Positions 63,982 to 64,000 of a stretch of 64,000 nucleotides of DNA are shown here, piece by piece. The notes under the pieces were generated by a model. The model worked only from the letters and a program-made list of their open reading frames with translations, was not told where the DNA came from and did not search any database. The number at the start of each line of letters is the position of its first letter. Position 1 is the first letter of the stretch. This DNA comes from Euprymna scolopes. Its lineage: Eukaryota. The position numbers and the translations under genes were made by a program. The stretch lies in the NCBI GenBank assembly GCA_053919585.1, contig CM132806.1; one strand, written 5' to 3'.

Positions 63982-64000
63982 GAAATTAAATATATATATA

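Overview
AT-rich, microsatellite-laden eukaryotic (invertebrate; a mollusc/cephalopod-like genome is an inference from repeat content) non-genic window with several N-gaps. No intact host protein-coding gene is supported; it is a transposon graveyard. Main landmarks: (1) a frameshifted autonomous Helitron RepHel gene (minus strand, ATG at 4284, running off the left edge) plus many non-autonomous Helitrons, often sitting in (TA)n tracts and in tandem; (2) a near full-length, disrupted Penelope-like retroelement (RT + C-terminal GIY-YIG, 57803-61095) ending in a complete type I hammerhead ribozyme; (3) about ten further hammerhead or hammerhead-like motifs in short, mostly palindromic Penelope-type insertions. 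The most interesting system is a family of small non-coding elements that join a tRNA-like Pol III A/B-box head to a downstream hammerhead ribozyme on the same strand. Its youngest copy (59717-60298) is a ~220-bp-arm hairpin with a 15-bp TSD inserted in the GIY motif of the Penelope endonuclease, and two apparently unrelated elements nearby (57191-57340, 61165-61295) share the head+ribozyme design. Also present: Tc1/mariner relics, a hAT MITE with 8-bp TSD, other MITEs, a Gypsy 3' end with LTR, CR1-group LINE fragments, 5S rRNA-derived copies, a tRNA-Cys relic carried inside Helitrons, and minisatellites. All folds and alignments were done by eye; coordinates of degenerate repeats are approximate.
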